NCBI GenBank assembly: GCA_964016885.1
Contig: OZ024745.1
Coordinates: 59,148,001 to 59,212,000 of the forward strand
From: Eledone cirrhosa
Taxonomy: Eukaryota
Length of the DNA stretch: 64,000 bases
Direction: 5' to 3'
Below, one piece after another: positions 38,040 to 51,121 of this stretch. How positions within the stretch are numbered: the first letter of the stretch is position 1; each line of letters starts with the position of its first letter. A program made the translations under genes and the position numbers. The notes below the pieces were generated by a model. The model had not been told where the DNA came from. It saw nothing but the letters and a program-made list of their open reading frames with translations, and made no database searches.

Positions 38040-40017
38040 CCCAGAAGTATTCAGGAGAGTAAACAGAATATGCTCGTCAGAACTCTCAGTGTACAACAAG
38101 CACATTGCCCATAATACCTTTGCTGTGGCCATCCCAATGCCAGCATTTGACCTGCTGAACTGGTCATTGCAAGAACTGAACGAGGTGTATGTAAAGACTC
38201 GTAAGCTGCTCAGTATTATTAGAAAATTTAACATTAATGGTGATATGGATTGACTATATTTCTCACGCAAGGAGGGTGGCCGGGGTCTAAAATCCATATT
38301 ATCATCATATGACACTGAAGCAACATGTTCAACAGAAGAAAAAAGGTCAGCAGCTATCTCACCTAGATTTATGAGTATGAAAATAATAATTGTTTCTACT
38401 TTAGGCACAAGGCCTGCAATTACCCAGTGCATTACTGGTACTTTATTTTATCGACCCCTTAAGGATGAAAGGCAAAGTCAACCTCGGCGGGATTTGAACT
38501 CAGATCGTAAAGGGATGTAACTATGCTGGAAAGCATGACGTCCGACCCTCTACTGATACTGCCAATCCACCGCAATAATGATTTCTACTATAGGCACAAG
38601 GCCAGCAATATGGGAGGAGGGGAAAGTCGATTAAATCGACCCCCACTGCATTACTGATGCGTTATTTCATCGATCCTGTAAAATAATAATTGTTTCTACT
38701 TTTGGCACAAGGCCAGCAATTACCCAGTACATTACTGGTACTTTATTTTCTCGACCCCGTAAGGATGAAAGGCAAAGTTAACCTCGGCGCGATTTAAACT
38801 CAGAATGGTAAGGGCCGTAACTCTATACGTCAAAGCATAGTGTCCGACCCTCTACCGATACTGCCAATCCACCGTAAAATAATAATATTGTTAGGATAGT
38901 GATTAATCTAGAAGAGATTAAATAAAACCTGATACAAATCTCTCTCCCAGGAACATTGGAAAACTTTATTCAATACTCGAACAAAACAAAACAAAAATGG
39001 ACCAAATCACTGTAAAGGTTGTGTTTTTGGTACATGAGACGGAAGACGCAGACCATAGAGAGGGATAAATCATACTAAAAGCCTGACATGGAGTTTTGAC
39101 AAGTTCATAACATCCAACCTTGAATGATATCTCCATGTAATCCAGGAACAAATCTCCACCAAGTACTTACAGCACAAAAATTGGAGGTCATCAGATGACA
39201 ATAAATGTTGGATATACAAAACAAAGATTGGAGAGGTTAACCACATTATTGCCGACTGTGAAAGAATGTCTTCTAATTATTACCTCCCCATGAGGCATGA
39301 TGTGATAGCTAGAACGATCTGGAATGCATTAGAGGAAATCAAATCAAACAAGGAGGAATATATTAAGACAGATAGCTCAAAAGAATACTGGTGAAGCCTA
39401 AAAGTATAAACTGCCACCAAATTAAAGCACAACCAGCCTAGTATTATTGTTTGGGACCACACGTTCAAAAATGCTCTATTGTATACATAAGCTACCCACA
39501 TGATGTCAATACGGTAAGAAAAATGCAAGAGAAGGAGGATATCTATGGACCATTGATGAGGAGTTTTCTGATCCAGTACTGGATACCCGTCATTATCCCG
39601 CCGAGGTTAACTTTGCCTTTCATCCTTACGGAGTCGATAAAATAAAGTACCAGTAATACACTGGGGTAATGTCTGATCTTGTGCCAAAAGTGGAAACAAT
39701 TATTTGAGCTACAGGTTATATATCAACCTTCAGCGTCGTCGTCTCTTGTATAAACGTTCATCCTTTGAATCGTAAGAATGTTTTACAAATGTTGTAGGTT
39801 CCAGATATTGCGGCCATTTGTAGCTTATGAATTAGGGAGAGACGTTCTTTCTCCATAAATCTAAGTATGAGAAAAAACCTTCAAAATCTGTAAAACATTC
39901 TTACAATTCAAAAGATGGATGCTTACACCAGAGACGTCGACTATTTTCTTTCTTTAGAACCTTGCCACTGGGAGGGTGGCCAGTCAAAAATAAACACAAA
40001 ATTAAGAGAGAGAATAT
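38040..40017 (+). mobile_element. R4/Dong-like RLE retrotransposon, degenerate, interrupted by SINEs
   Basis: NTFAV, NWSLQEL...KTRKLL, LYFSRKEGGRGL, HII.DC...MRHD; the 3' UTR matches 41655-41718; SINE cluster at 38382-38875 and about 39590-39705. Confidence 0.75.
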
Positions 40018-40112
40018 ACATACAAACACAAACACACACACATGCATATGTACATAAATACATACATACACACACTTACACATACAAACGCACACATATA
40101 CACATATGCATA

Positions 40113-40184
<72 letters not shown>

Positions 40185-40790
40185 TGGTGGCTGCCAACTC
40201 GTTTTCGAGTACGGCCACTACTTTATATCCATGTAGGAGAACCCCTACCGATGCGCTGAACGAGTGTGACTTTTTAGTCCAGCCAGCGACTTGAAAACTC
40301 TGGTACAAACACTACACTTGTGACAATTATTGACACATAGTGCTGGGCCCATGGTACCATGTGACGACAAGTGCAGAGAGATCTCCAGATATAAAGCAAT
40401 GCCTGTGCCGTGAAGCTTTTATAGTGAGCAAAGGCACTGTACAAAGCCAGTCTCACTCTCTTAACCAAGATGATATTTACCAAAAAGAACAAGTCAACAT
40501 CATTGGATACCATCAGGGTTGCAGGTGTTATATCAGAGTTTTCCTTCTCCTAGAATTCTGCCTTGACAAAGGCTAAGGGGTCATCTCTCCCGGTGATTTT
40601 GGATGGCCATTGACTCTTAAGAGCTCCTTTGCCCTTTGACATGTTTTGTTTTTAGTCCTGCAAGATGTCCAAAGTCATCCTCCTGACCAAGAAACCTTGG
40701 TGGGATTGCCAATTTAGTCGCCAACGACCCGACCATGAGACAGGTTGTACTGGGACACATGTTACCAGTAGCACCAAGTGGTGACCTGAC

Positions 40791-40900
40791 ATACATACAT
40801 ACATACATACATACATACATACATACATACATACATACATACATACATACATACATACATACATACATACATACATACATACATACATACATACATACAT
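40791..40900. repeat. (ATAC)n microsatellite
   Basis: Direct inspection. Confidence 0.95.
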
Positions 40901-41718
40901 AAAACACAGACCATAGAGGGGATAAACCACTCAGAAAGCCTGGCATGGAGTTCCGACAAGTTTATGACATCACACCTTGAGGGATATCTCTATGCAATAC
41001 AAGAACAAGAACTCCCTACCAAATATCTGCTGCACAAAAGAGGAGGGCCATCAGCTGACAATAAATTCAGGCTATGTAAAACAAAGATCGAAGATGTAAG
41101 CCACATTGTTGCCAGCTGCGAAAGAATGTCATCTCGCTACTACCTCCCCATGAGACACGATGGGATAGCTAGAACCATCTGGAACGCACTTCGGAAAACA
41201 AAATTAAAAACAAACGAGGAAGAATATATTGAGACCGATGGCACTAAGGAATACTGGTGGAACCTGAAAATAAAAACTGCCACCAAATTAGGCACAACCT
41301 GCCTGATATTGTTGTTTGGGACCACACATTGAAAACGTGTTCTGTTGTGGAGATCAGCTGCCCACCTGATGTAAACGTTGTCAGAAAAATACAGGAGAAG
41401 GAGGACATCTACGGACCATTGATGAGGAGTTTACAAATCAATATCCAAGATACACCTTTAGCTTCATACCCATCATTATTGGAGCTGCGGGTTATATACC
41501 AACCCGCTTGGACCAATGTATAACTGAACTTGGATTTTCGGACAAAGAGTGCAGCTCCCTAATTCATAGTCTACAAATGGCGGCTGCGATAGCTGGCACC
41601 TTCAAAATTTGCAAAACATTCTTGCGATTCAAGGGATGACAATTTATTTTCTTTTACAACCTTGCCACCAGAAAGGTGGCCAGTCAAAAATATACTCGAA
41701 ATTAAGAGAAAGAGAGAA
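40901..41718 (+). mobile_element. R4/Dong-like RLE retrotransposon 3' end
   Basis: AIQEQ, RLC...HIVASC (decayed CCHC knuckle), RHD, HNLPDIVVWD, VVEISCP, EKEDIY; flanked by (ATAC)n on both sides. Confidence 0.85.
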
Positions 41719-41739
41719 CATACATACATACATACATAC

Positions 41740-42275
41740 CGAAGATGTCACCCATGTCATAAGCAGATGCCAATATAATATCAAAGATTAGCGAAAAGGA
41801 GAATATTTATGCAGAACTGATGAGAAATCTGCAGATACTCCACCCTGATTACCCCTTCACATTTATGCCTGTGATTATTGGGACACTGGGATATGTTAGT
41901 AACTGCCTCAATACAAATCTTGAGAAGCTGGGCTCAACAAGAACAGAAAGAACACAACTAGTTAGGAAATTACAAGTACAATCCAGTAAAAATATGGAAC
42001 AGTAAAAATATGTAAAACATTCCAAAAATTTTGCATCTAATAACTGCATATACACATGTACAGATACTAAGCATATACACATGCACACATACAACTGAAA
42101 ACATACACATCCACACATACAATAACATCCATATCTACACATGCATGCATGCAGACATGCATACATATCTACCTAGTTGATGTGTAAATTCCAATGAGAG
42201 AGTCTTGTGTCTATGTTAGAAACCGACTCTCTCTCTCTATTGGCAGAAATTTGTGAAATTATAAAACCAGAAGAA
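41740..42275 (+). mobile_element. Second R4/Dong-like subfamily, deleted 3' fragment
   Basis: EDVTHVISRC, ENIYAELMRNLQILHPDY..F.PVIIGTLG; different 3' UTR, again followed by (CATA)n. Confidence 0.7.
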
Positions 42276-42691
42276 CATACATACATACATACATACATAC
42301 ATACATACATACATACATACATACATACATACATACATTCATACACGATTGAAAATATGAGCACACGTGACAAGGGGGACAACTCTCTCTGTAAATTTGT
42401 TTTCCTTCATATCATTTCATTTCATTTTCCTTTATTTTTACCTCCTACTCTTACCAATAACAAAGAAGAGAAAAAAAGAAAGTAAAAAGAAAAAAGGGAT
42501 GTGATAGATTTATTTTTAAGGGAAAGGGACAAACTGAGCTGGTACATCTTAGCTACGCCCCGCGGATAAGACGGCAAAATCATTATCACGAAGAACAGCC
42601 AGTGACACTATCAAGCATTCCACCTCATGTTTCTCTCTCTCTCTCTCTGTTGCTTCCTTGCTCATTAACGTTCTTTCTCTCTTCATCAAAT

Positions 42692-42751
<60 letters not shown>

Positions 42752-42881
42752 TTTCTCTTCGTTCTATTTCTTAACCTTCTTTATTTACCTAACTCGAAAA
42801 TCTTCTCATTCGGCCTCCCCATCATTTTCATTGCCTTTTTCTTTCTCCTCATCTCTCTTAATTTTCCAAGCCTCCTTTTTG

Positions 42882-42913
<32 letters not shown>

Positions 42914-43009
42914 TGCTCCCCACCCAACTCTAATCAGCTTTCATACTTCTTCCTTTTTGTCTTTCTTTTTTTGTTAACTCCATCGCCTTCTCCTTTACAG
43001 CAATAGTGC

Positions 43010-43075
43010 TGACGTGGCGAAAGCTGACTCATTACTATTAGGTCACATGACGTCACGTGATAAAATACGCTTCCT
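43010..43075. promoter_or_regulatory. Candidate cis-regulatory module (bZIP/bHLH-ZIP motif cluster)
   Basis: TGACGTGG 43010-43017, GCTGACTCAT 43023-43032, GTCACATGAC 43042-43051, TGACGTCA 43048-43055, GTCACGTGA 43052-43060, CGCTTCC. Motif match only. Confidence 0.4.
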
Positions 43076-43179
43076 ATTTTTGTAACTCGGCTCGTTCGAA
43101 CGTCGAACGGCGAGAGGAAGAAGGGTGGGAGAAGGAAAAACAAAACAAAAATAGTGGGGTGAAAGAGATGAGGTAAGGG

Positions 43180-43215
<36 letters not shown>

Positions 43216-44103
43216 ATAGTAGTGGTAGTAGGGGAGGAGGGGGGGGCGTAAGGTTAAATAAAGTAGTAAGGAATTGTGGGAGGAATGGGAAGGCAAACGA
43301 AAGAGTTGGAAGGAGAGAGAAGAATTCAAATAAGAAAATAGGAGGAATAAGTAAAGTATGAGGAAAGAAAAGTTGGGGAGGGGAGGGAAAGAAATGTTGG
43401 TAAAGAAAGATAGAGAAAGAGGGAAAAGGGAGTGTAATGTGGATATGAAGGAAAAGTAGGAGAAAGAAAATAAGTGGAAGAAAAAGAGATGAACGAAGAT
43501 AATATGTGTGGGAAGTAGGAATGAGTGAGGCGAGAGGAAAAAGGTGGGAGGAGAGAATAAACGTAAGAGAGGGGTGGCTAAGTGGGAAAGAAGGAGGTAG
43601 CACGAAGAGGACATTGACCTCTTGGCAAATATTCAAGTTGCATCAATAGATGAAGCGGTGATGATGTTTGGTGGTTGTGGTAGTGGGGGGGGGAGGGGGG
43701 TAGAGGTGTGGGGGGGGTAGAGGTGGTGGTGGTGGTGGTGGTGGTGGTGACAGTGGTAGTGTGCTGATGGTGACGGCGGCGGCGGTGGTGGTGGCGGCGG
43801 CGGTGCTGATGGCAGTGGTGGTGTTGATGGTGGCGGTGGTGGTGGTGATGGCAGTGGTGGTGTTGATGGTGGCGGTGGTGGTGGTGATGGCAGTGGTGGT
43901 GTTGATGGTGGCGGTGGTGGTGGTGGTGATGGGGTGTTTGGGTAGTGGGGATAACTAAATATTTGTAGTGGTGTTGGTGTTAGTGTTGGTGCTGGTGGTG
44001 TTGATGTTGGTGCTGGTGTTGGTGGCGGTGGTTTGGTGGTAGTTTTGGTGGCGGTGATGATGTTTAGGAAATGCAACAGTGGTGGTGGTAATTGTGATGT
44101 CTA

Positions 44104-44113
44104 GTGGTGGTGA

Positions 44114-44155
<42 letters not shown>

Positions 44156-44220
44156 GGGTGGTGGTGGTGGTGATAGTAGTAGTAGTAGTAGTAGTAGTAG
44201 GGGTGGTGGTGGTGGTGGTT

Positions 44221-44269
<49 letters not shown>

Positions 44270-44310
44270 GGGTAGTGGTGGTGGCAGTAGTAGTAGTAGT
44301 AGTAGTAGGG

Positions 44311-44346
<36 letters not shown>

Positions 44347-44351
44347 GGGGA

Positions 44352-44395
<44 letters not shown>

Positions 44396-44413
44396 GGGTG
44401 GTGGTGGTGGTGA

Positions 44414-44449
<36 letters not shown>

Positions 44450-44469
44450 GGGTGGTGGTGGTGGTGGTT

Positions 44470-44524
<55 letters not shown>

Positions 44525-44540
44525 GGGTAGTGGTGGTGGC

Positions 44541-44587
<47 letters not shown>

Positions 44588-44589
44588 GG

Positions 44590-44641
<52 letters not shown>

Positions 44642-44642
44642 G

Positions 44643-44683
<41 letters not shown>

Positions 44684-44690
44684 CAGCAGC

Positions 44691-44731
<41 letters not shown>

Positions 44732-44747
44732 GGGTGGTAGTAGTAGT

Positions 44748-44779
<32 letters not shown>

Positions 44780-44783
44780 TAGT
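44104..44783. repeat. (AGT)n/(GGT)n compound microsatellite
   Basis: Direct inspection. Confidence 0.95.
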
Positions 44784-44849
44784 AAAATAATTGTAATAAT
44801 ATATCTGTAATGTAAGTGGAATAAATGTAGGAGGGTTGTTAGCGATGGT

Positions 44850-46330
44850 AATGTTGTTGTTGTTGTCGGTTGTTGTTGTTACTGTTACTGCTGTTGGTGG
44901 TTGTTATTGTTACTGTTGTCGGTTGTTGTTGTTACTGTTACTGCTGTTGGTGGTTGTTATTGTTACTGTTGTCGGTTGTTGTTGTTACTGTTACTGCTGT
45001 TGGTGGTTGTTATTGTTACTGTTGTCGGTTGTTGTTGTTTTTACTGCTGTTGGTGGTTGTTATTGTTACTGTTGTCGGTTGTTGTTGTTACTGTTACTGC
45101 TGTTGGTGGTTGTTATTGTTACTGTTGTCGGTTGTTGTTGTTACTGTTACTGCTGTTGGTGGTTGTTATTGTTACTGTTGTCGGTTGTTGTTGTTACTGT
45201 TACTGCTGTTGGTGGTTGTTATTGTTACTGTTGTCGGTTGTTGTTGTTTTTACTGCTGTTGGTGGTTGTTATTGTTACTGTTGTCGGTTGTTGTTGTTTT
45301 TACTGCTGTTGGTGGTTGTTATTGTTACTGTTGTCGGTTGTTGTTGTTTTTACTGCTGTTGGTGGTTGTTATTGTTACTGTTGTCGGTTGTTGTTGTTAT
45401 TGTTACTGCTGTTGGTGGTTGTTATTGTTACTGTTGTCGGTTGTTGTTGTTACTGTTACTGCTGTTGGTGGTTGTTATTGTTACTGTTGTCTGTTGTTGT
45501 TGTTACTGTTACTGCTGTTGGTGGTTGTTATTGTTACTGTTGTCGGTTGTTGTTGTTACTGTTACTGCTGTTGGTGGTTGTTATTGTTACTGTTGTCGGT
45601 TGTTGTTGTTTTTACTGCTGTTGGTGGTTGTTATTGTTACTGTTGTCGGTTGTTGTTGTTACTGTTACTGCTGTTGGTGGTTGTTATTGTTACTGTTGTC
45701 GGTTGTTGTTGTTACTGTTACTGCTGTTGGTGGTTGTTATTGTTACTGTTGTCGGTTGTTGTTGTTACTGTTACTGCTGTTGGTGGTTGTTATTGTTACT
45801 GTTGTCGGTTGTTGTTGTTACTGTTACTGCTGTTGGTGGTTGTTATTGTTACTGTTGTCGGTTGTTGTTGTTATTGTTACTGCTGTTGGTGGTTGTTATT
45901 GTTACTGTTGTCGGTTGTTGTTGTTACTGTTACTGCTGTTGGTGGTTGTTATTGTTACTGTTGTCGGTTGTTGTTGTTACTGTTACTGCTGTTGGTGGTT
46001 GTTATTGTTACTGTTGTCGGTTGTTGTTGTTATTGTTACTGCTGTTGGTGGTTGTTATTGTTACTGTTGTCGGTTGTTGTTGTTACTGTTACTGCTGTTG
46101 GTGGTTGTTATTGTTACTGTTGTCGGTTGTTGTTGTTACTGTTACTGCTGTTGGTGGTTGTTATTGTTACTGTTGTCGGTTGTTGTTGTTACTGTTACTG
46201 CTGTTGGTGGTTGTTATTGTTACTGTTGTCGGTTGTTGTTGTTACTGTTACTGCTGTTGGTGGTTGTTATTGTTACTGTTGTCGGTTGTTGTTGTTGTTT
46301 TTACTGCTGTTGGTGGTTGCTATTGTTGTT
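44850..46330. repeat. 53-bp (variant 49-bp) GTT-derived minisatellite, about 28 copies
   Basis: Unit GTTGTCGGTTGTTGTTGTTACTGTTACTGCTGTTGGTGGTTGTTATTGTTACT; period 53 (45071 to 45124). Confidence 0.93.
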
Positions 46331-47009
46331 GATGATGGCTGTTGTTGATAGCTATTGTTTCTGTTGTTGCTGTTATTTCAGTTGTTGTTGTTATTGTTGT
46401 TGTTTCTGCTACTGTTGTTATTGCTGCTCCTGCTGTTGTTATTGCTGTTGTTGTTGTTGTTGTTGTTGCTATTGTTGTTACTGTTGTTGTTACTGTTGTG
46501 GCTGTTGTTTTTGTTGTTGCTGCTGTTGTTGTTGTTGTTGTTTTTGCTGTTGTGTTGTTGTTGTTGTTGTTGTTGCTGTTGTTGTTGCTTCTGTTGTAGT
46601 TGTTGTTGCTATTTGTGCTGTTGTTGTTGCTGCTACTGCTTTTGTTGTTGTTGTTGGTGTTGTAGTTGCTATTATTGTTGTTGTTGCTGTTGTATCCGTA
46701 ATTAGAAATATGAGGCTGCGCTAGTTATTTATAAATTAAGTAATTGTGGTGTTTGTTGGTAGGTTAGTATTAATAGTTGTTTAATTTAGTAGTACTAGTG
46801 TCGTTGTTTAAGCAAGGGTCAACCTGATCGAACAGCCCAATCATCAACGGGTATATCTAGCACTACATTATCACGGGTCCTATCTAAAACGGTAAGGTGT
46901 GATTGGAGGGGGAGACATGGCTGCTGTTTCTAGCAGATCGAACGACTATTTCGAGACTCCTTTGTTTAATGTTGATATTGGTAGTGGTGATGCTTGATGC
47001 TTAGGAAGT

Positions 47010-48122
47010 TTGGTGGTGATGGTGGTAGTGCTGCTGATGCCGGTACTGGTGCTGGTGGTAGCGATGGCGGCGGCGGTGATGGTTGTGGCGGTGCTGGTGT
47101 TGGTGGTAGCTACGGCGGCAGTGGTGGTTGCGGTGGGGCAGGTGCTGGTGGTGGCGATGGCGGCAGTGGTGGATGTGGTGGGGCTGGTGCTGGTGGTGGT
47201 TGTGGTGGGGCTGGTGCTGGTGGTAGCGATGGCGGCAGTGGTGGTTGCGGTGGGGCAGGTGCTGGTGGTGGCGATGGCGGCAGTGGTGGTTGTGGTGGGG
47301 CTGGTGCTGGTGGTAGCGATGGCAGCGGCGGCAGTGGTGGTTGTGGTGGTACTGGTGGTAGAAGATGATGGAGGCGGCACTGGTGGTTGTGGTGGGGCAG
47401 ATGCTGGTGGTAGCGATGGCGGCGTCGGTGTTAGTTGTGTTGGTGGGGCTGGTTTATTCAATAGCAAATGGTAGCAGAGACATTGAAGGTGGCGTTGGCG
47501 GTATTGTTTGTTCCATAATAGTTTGTGTTAGCAGTGATGGTGAGACGCTTGTGATAAGGATAATGGTGTTTGTTTGTGTCGTCTGCTGTTTTATTAGTAA
47601 GTGGTGATGGTGGTGAAGGTGGTGAAGGTGGTGAAGGGGGAGATGGTGGTAATGGTGGTGATGGTGGTGAAGGGGGAGATGGTGGTAATGGTGGTGATGG
47701 TGGTGATGGTGGAGATGGTGGAGATGGTGGTGATGATGGTGATGGTGGAGATAGTGGCGATGGTGGAGATGGTGGTGATGGTGGTGATGGTGGTGATGGT
47801 GGTGATGGTGGAGATAGTGGTGATGGTGGAGATGGTGGAGATGGTGGTGATGGTGGTGATGGTGGTGATGGTGGAGATGGTGGTGATGGTGGAGATAGTG
47901 GTGATGGTGGAGATGGTGGTGGAGATGGTGGAGATGGTGGTGATGGTGGAGATGGTGGTGATGGTGAAGATAGTGGCGATGGTGGAGATGGTGGAGATGG
48001 TGGAGATGGTGGTGATGGTGGAGATGGTGGAGATGGTGGCGATGGTGGTGATGGTGGTGATGGTGGAGATGGTGGTGATGGTGGAGATGGTGGCGATGGT
48101 GGAGATGGTGGTGATGGTGGTG
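47010..48122. repeat. GGN-rich minisatellites, including a 9-bp GGTGGAGAT/GGTGGTGAT array (47602-48122)
   Basis: Direct inspection. Confidence 0.9.
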
Positions 48123-48931
48123 TTAGTTAATGCTGTGATCACGATAGTGTTTTGTCGTTTAATAAATAGTTTTCGTCGTTTTCATAGTCATTGTTATTCA
48201 CCTAAGTATTTAAGCTGCTTCGAGTATTCTTAACATCTGTGATCACACGAAAACATGTTTTCAACATGGCCGCCAGAGTGATATTGCTGCAAGACAGTTT
48301 TCACAGCTAGGCTCATAAGCTAGATGTGACTGTAAGCAAGATTTGGCCATCACATTGAAATTGCCGTAGGCTATAATATTAGATCTTTGTGAAATCTTTA
48401 TTTAACAAAGGCCGTGGAATGTTAGATACGCAGAGTGTCAAGTAAATTATATAGCTGTATTCTGAGTTCAAATTCTACCGATATCAACTTTGCCTTTTAT
48501 TCTGTTGCGGTTGATAAATAAAGTACCAATCGCTTACTAGGGTCGATGTAATCGACTTTTCCCTTCCTACAAGTTAACTAGTCTTGTTCGTGGCGGTTCC
48601 TTTGCTGCCTACACTCCAACCCAAATTTCTTCTAATTATTTTGCTGTTGGTGCGCCATCAATTTCTATTTTGTTTTTGCTAAATTCTTGGTAGTATAGTT
48701 TTGTTACTATTTTTATAATAACAATTGAGGGTGGTGGATTGGTAGAATTGGTAGAGCGTCGGACAAAATGTTCTGCGGTATTTGTTCCGGTTCGGACATA
48801 CGAACACAGGGTTAGACATCCACTCATAGACTCATACAACAGAACATAAGCCAGTGTAACACAAACATGTCAGACGGAAGTATTAACAGAGTCATTTTTG
48901 TAACCCAGCATCAGCAGGGGGTATAAGCGTA

Positions 48932-49128
48932 GCAGACATGTCAACTCTCCACGTCCGATGGGGAGATCTACCACCCATTTTGGGGTGGGTGAGCGATGTC
49001 TTCTTTTGTGAAAATGGGTATAGTTTTCATTATGTAAAATCTCCCCCATTTTGCCTCATTTCTCCCCGTTTTGAGGCATTTTTTTTCAGGGTACTTCCCG
49101 TTTGGGTTTTTAGAGGTTGGCAGATCTG
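48932..49128. mobile_element. MITE with CAGAC.TG.CAAC termini; inverted relative of 53346-53640
   Basis: Ends CAGACATGTCAAC / GTTGGCAGATCTG; the internal sequence aligns in reverse with the 53.3-53.6 kb copy. Confidence 0.7.
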
Positions 49129-49629
49129 GCGTAAGGGTAACGAAAAATGACATATGGTCGGAGAGAGGGAAGCATTATGGACTTGCAAAGCCTTATAACC
49201 CTTCAAGATCGCAGGGCTATTAGGCGACGTGCCCGGTCATAGATACAAAGAAAAAAAAATCGACCAGTGAGTTGGTTGCAAGACAGAAAGCCCAGCTGTT
49301 ATATTGCAACAGAAATGTTACCTCAAAGAGTTGAACATACAGGAAGAGAAAAATAGCGGCGAGCAATTACAGAGCTAGCAAGAACAAGTTTCTGAAGGCT
49401 ATTGTTTCAATCGTACCACTGGTTGAATCACTGGAAATAGGACCAAGACCTTTCTGGAAGCTTCCAGGAAAATAGAGAAAATGCCTGAACTCTGTGCCAC
49501 GTATAGTTTCACGGTTATCAGAAGCATTAACAATGAACTACTCGAATTGTTATTTGAGTTGGAGGATACTCGGTTGAGCAGTAGTGAGTAAGTGAGAGAG
49601 AGATGGAGTTGGGGAAATTCTCATTTATT

Positions 49630-50487
49630 ATTGACAGTATCAGTAGAGCGTCAGCCACTATGCTTTTCAGTATAGAGTTATGGCCCTTTACGTTCTGGGT
49701 TCAAATCCCGCTGAGGTTAGCTTTGCCTTTCATCCATACGGGTCGATAAAATAAATTACCAGTAACACACTAGGGTCGATTTAATTGACTTTCCCCTCCT
49801 TCCAAAATTATTGGCCTTGTGTCTAAATCAGAAACTAGGATTGGTTTACGTACTGAATTAAAATCCTGCCGAGATCAACTTTGCCTTCCGTCCTTCTGAT
49901 GTCAATAAAATATATAGCAGTCAAACACTGGAGTCGATAAAGTCGACTTTCCCTCTTCTCATTCAAATTGTTGGCCTTGTGCCTAAATTAGAAACCGTTA
50001 TTACGGTGGATTGGCAGTATCGGTAGAGGGTCGGACGCCATGCTTTCCAGCATAGTTACGTCCCTTTGCGGTTTCAGTTCAAATCCCGCCCTGAGTTTAA
50101 ATCCCTCCTTTCATCCTTACGGGGTCGATAAAATAAAGTACCAGTAATGTACTGGGTAATTGATGGCCTTGTGCCAAAAGTAGAAACAATTATTACAAAC
50201 AAACAAGAGTTTTGTTGCTCCAATAGTATGTCCAGGTTAAAATATTAACAGCTGCAAAACAAATGCCGGTGTGAAGATTTCAAGCTAACAAGCACCACCA
50301 CACACACACACACACCACCACCACACACAAACATTCAATTTCAAGTTACCCTCTAGTAATCTAAAATCGCATTAATATTCCCGCCGAGGTTGACTTTGCC
50401 TTTCATCCTTACGGGGTCGATAAAATAAAGTACCAGTAATGAACTGGGTAATTGCTGGCCTTGTGCCTAAAGTAGAAACAAATATTA
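49630..50487 (+). mobile_element. Cluster of four tRNA-derived SINE copies
   Basis: Repeated B box, central domain and GGCCTTGTGCC.AAA.TAGAAAC tail at about 49630-49835, 49850-50000, 50004-50193 and 50380-50487. Confidence 0.85.
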
Positions 50488-51032
50488 CTGAAGAGGAAAA
50501 TCTGAACCTAATTTCATATTCCCTCTGCACTGTTCATATTATCTCCCTTCTGGTTTTGCTAAAATGATAAATTGTAAGGTTTGCGTTTATTGTATAAAAT
50601 AACGTGAACAGACAAGATTGTTAAGCTAGTTTGAAAATGTGAAAAAATAAAAATAAAAATTGTCGCAAAAACGTTATATTTAGAGTGACATTTTAAAACA
50701 GAATCGCTATTTGGATTGTGAATCACTGCAGATTCACAATCTGCAGTGATTCTTATAGAAATGTCGTCGAAACGCTAAAGCAACTGTACACTCACTACAT
50801 CAACAGCAAAAACAACATAAACAACACGTCATCACCACCGCCACCGCCGCCATCACCACCGCCACCGCCGCCATCACCACCGCCTTCATCATCACCACCA
50901 TTAATGTCGGGTGTGTTAATAATAACAAAAGCAAAAATAACAGCAGTTATAACAGCAGCTGCAATAACACCAACAACAATAACATCACAAACAATAACCA
51001 TCAACAATAGCAGCAATGGCAGTAGTAACGGC

Positions 51033-51063
<31 letters not shown>

Positions 51064-51121
51064 GGATACAGAAACTCTCTCACACACACACACATAACAA
51101 ACATGCACATATACATATATA

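Noticed and set aside
44836-46724. ORFs of 490-607 aa rich in Cys/Leu/Val
   Set aside because: Open in all three frames because the GTT-based repeat lacks stop codons; no coding signature.
46946-48233. Gly-rich, collagen-like or mucin-like ORFs
   Set aside because: Products of GGN triplet satellites with no start context, splice support or third-position variation typical of real genes.
49150-49560. Possible R4-like RLE remnant
   Set aside because: Only faint motif resemblance across frameshifts; too weak to call.
50004-50090. tRNA genes
   Set aside because: A and B boxes are present but there is no cloverleaf, and they continue into SINE bodies.
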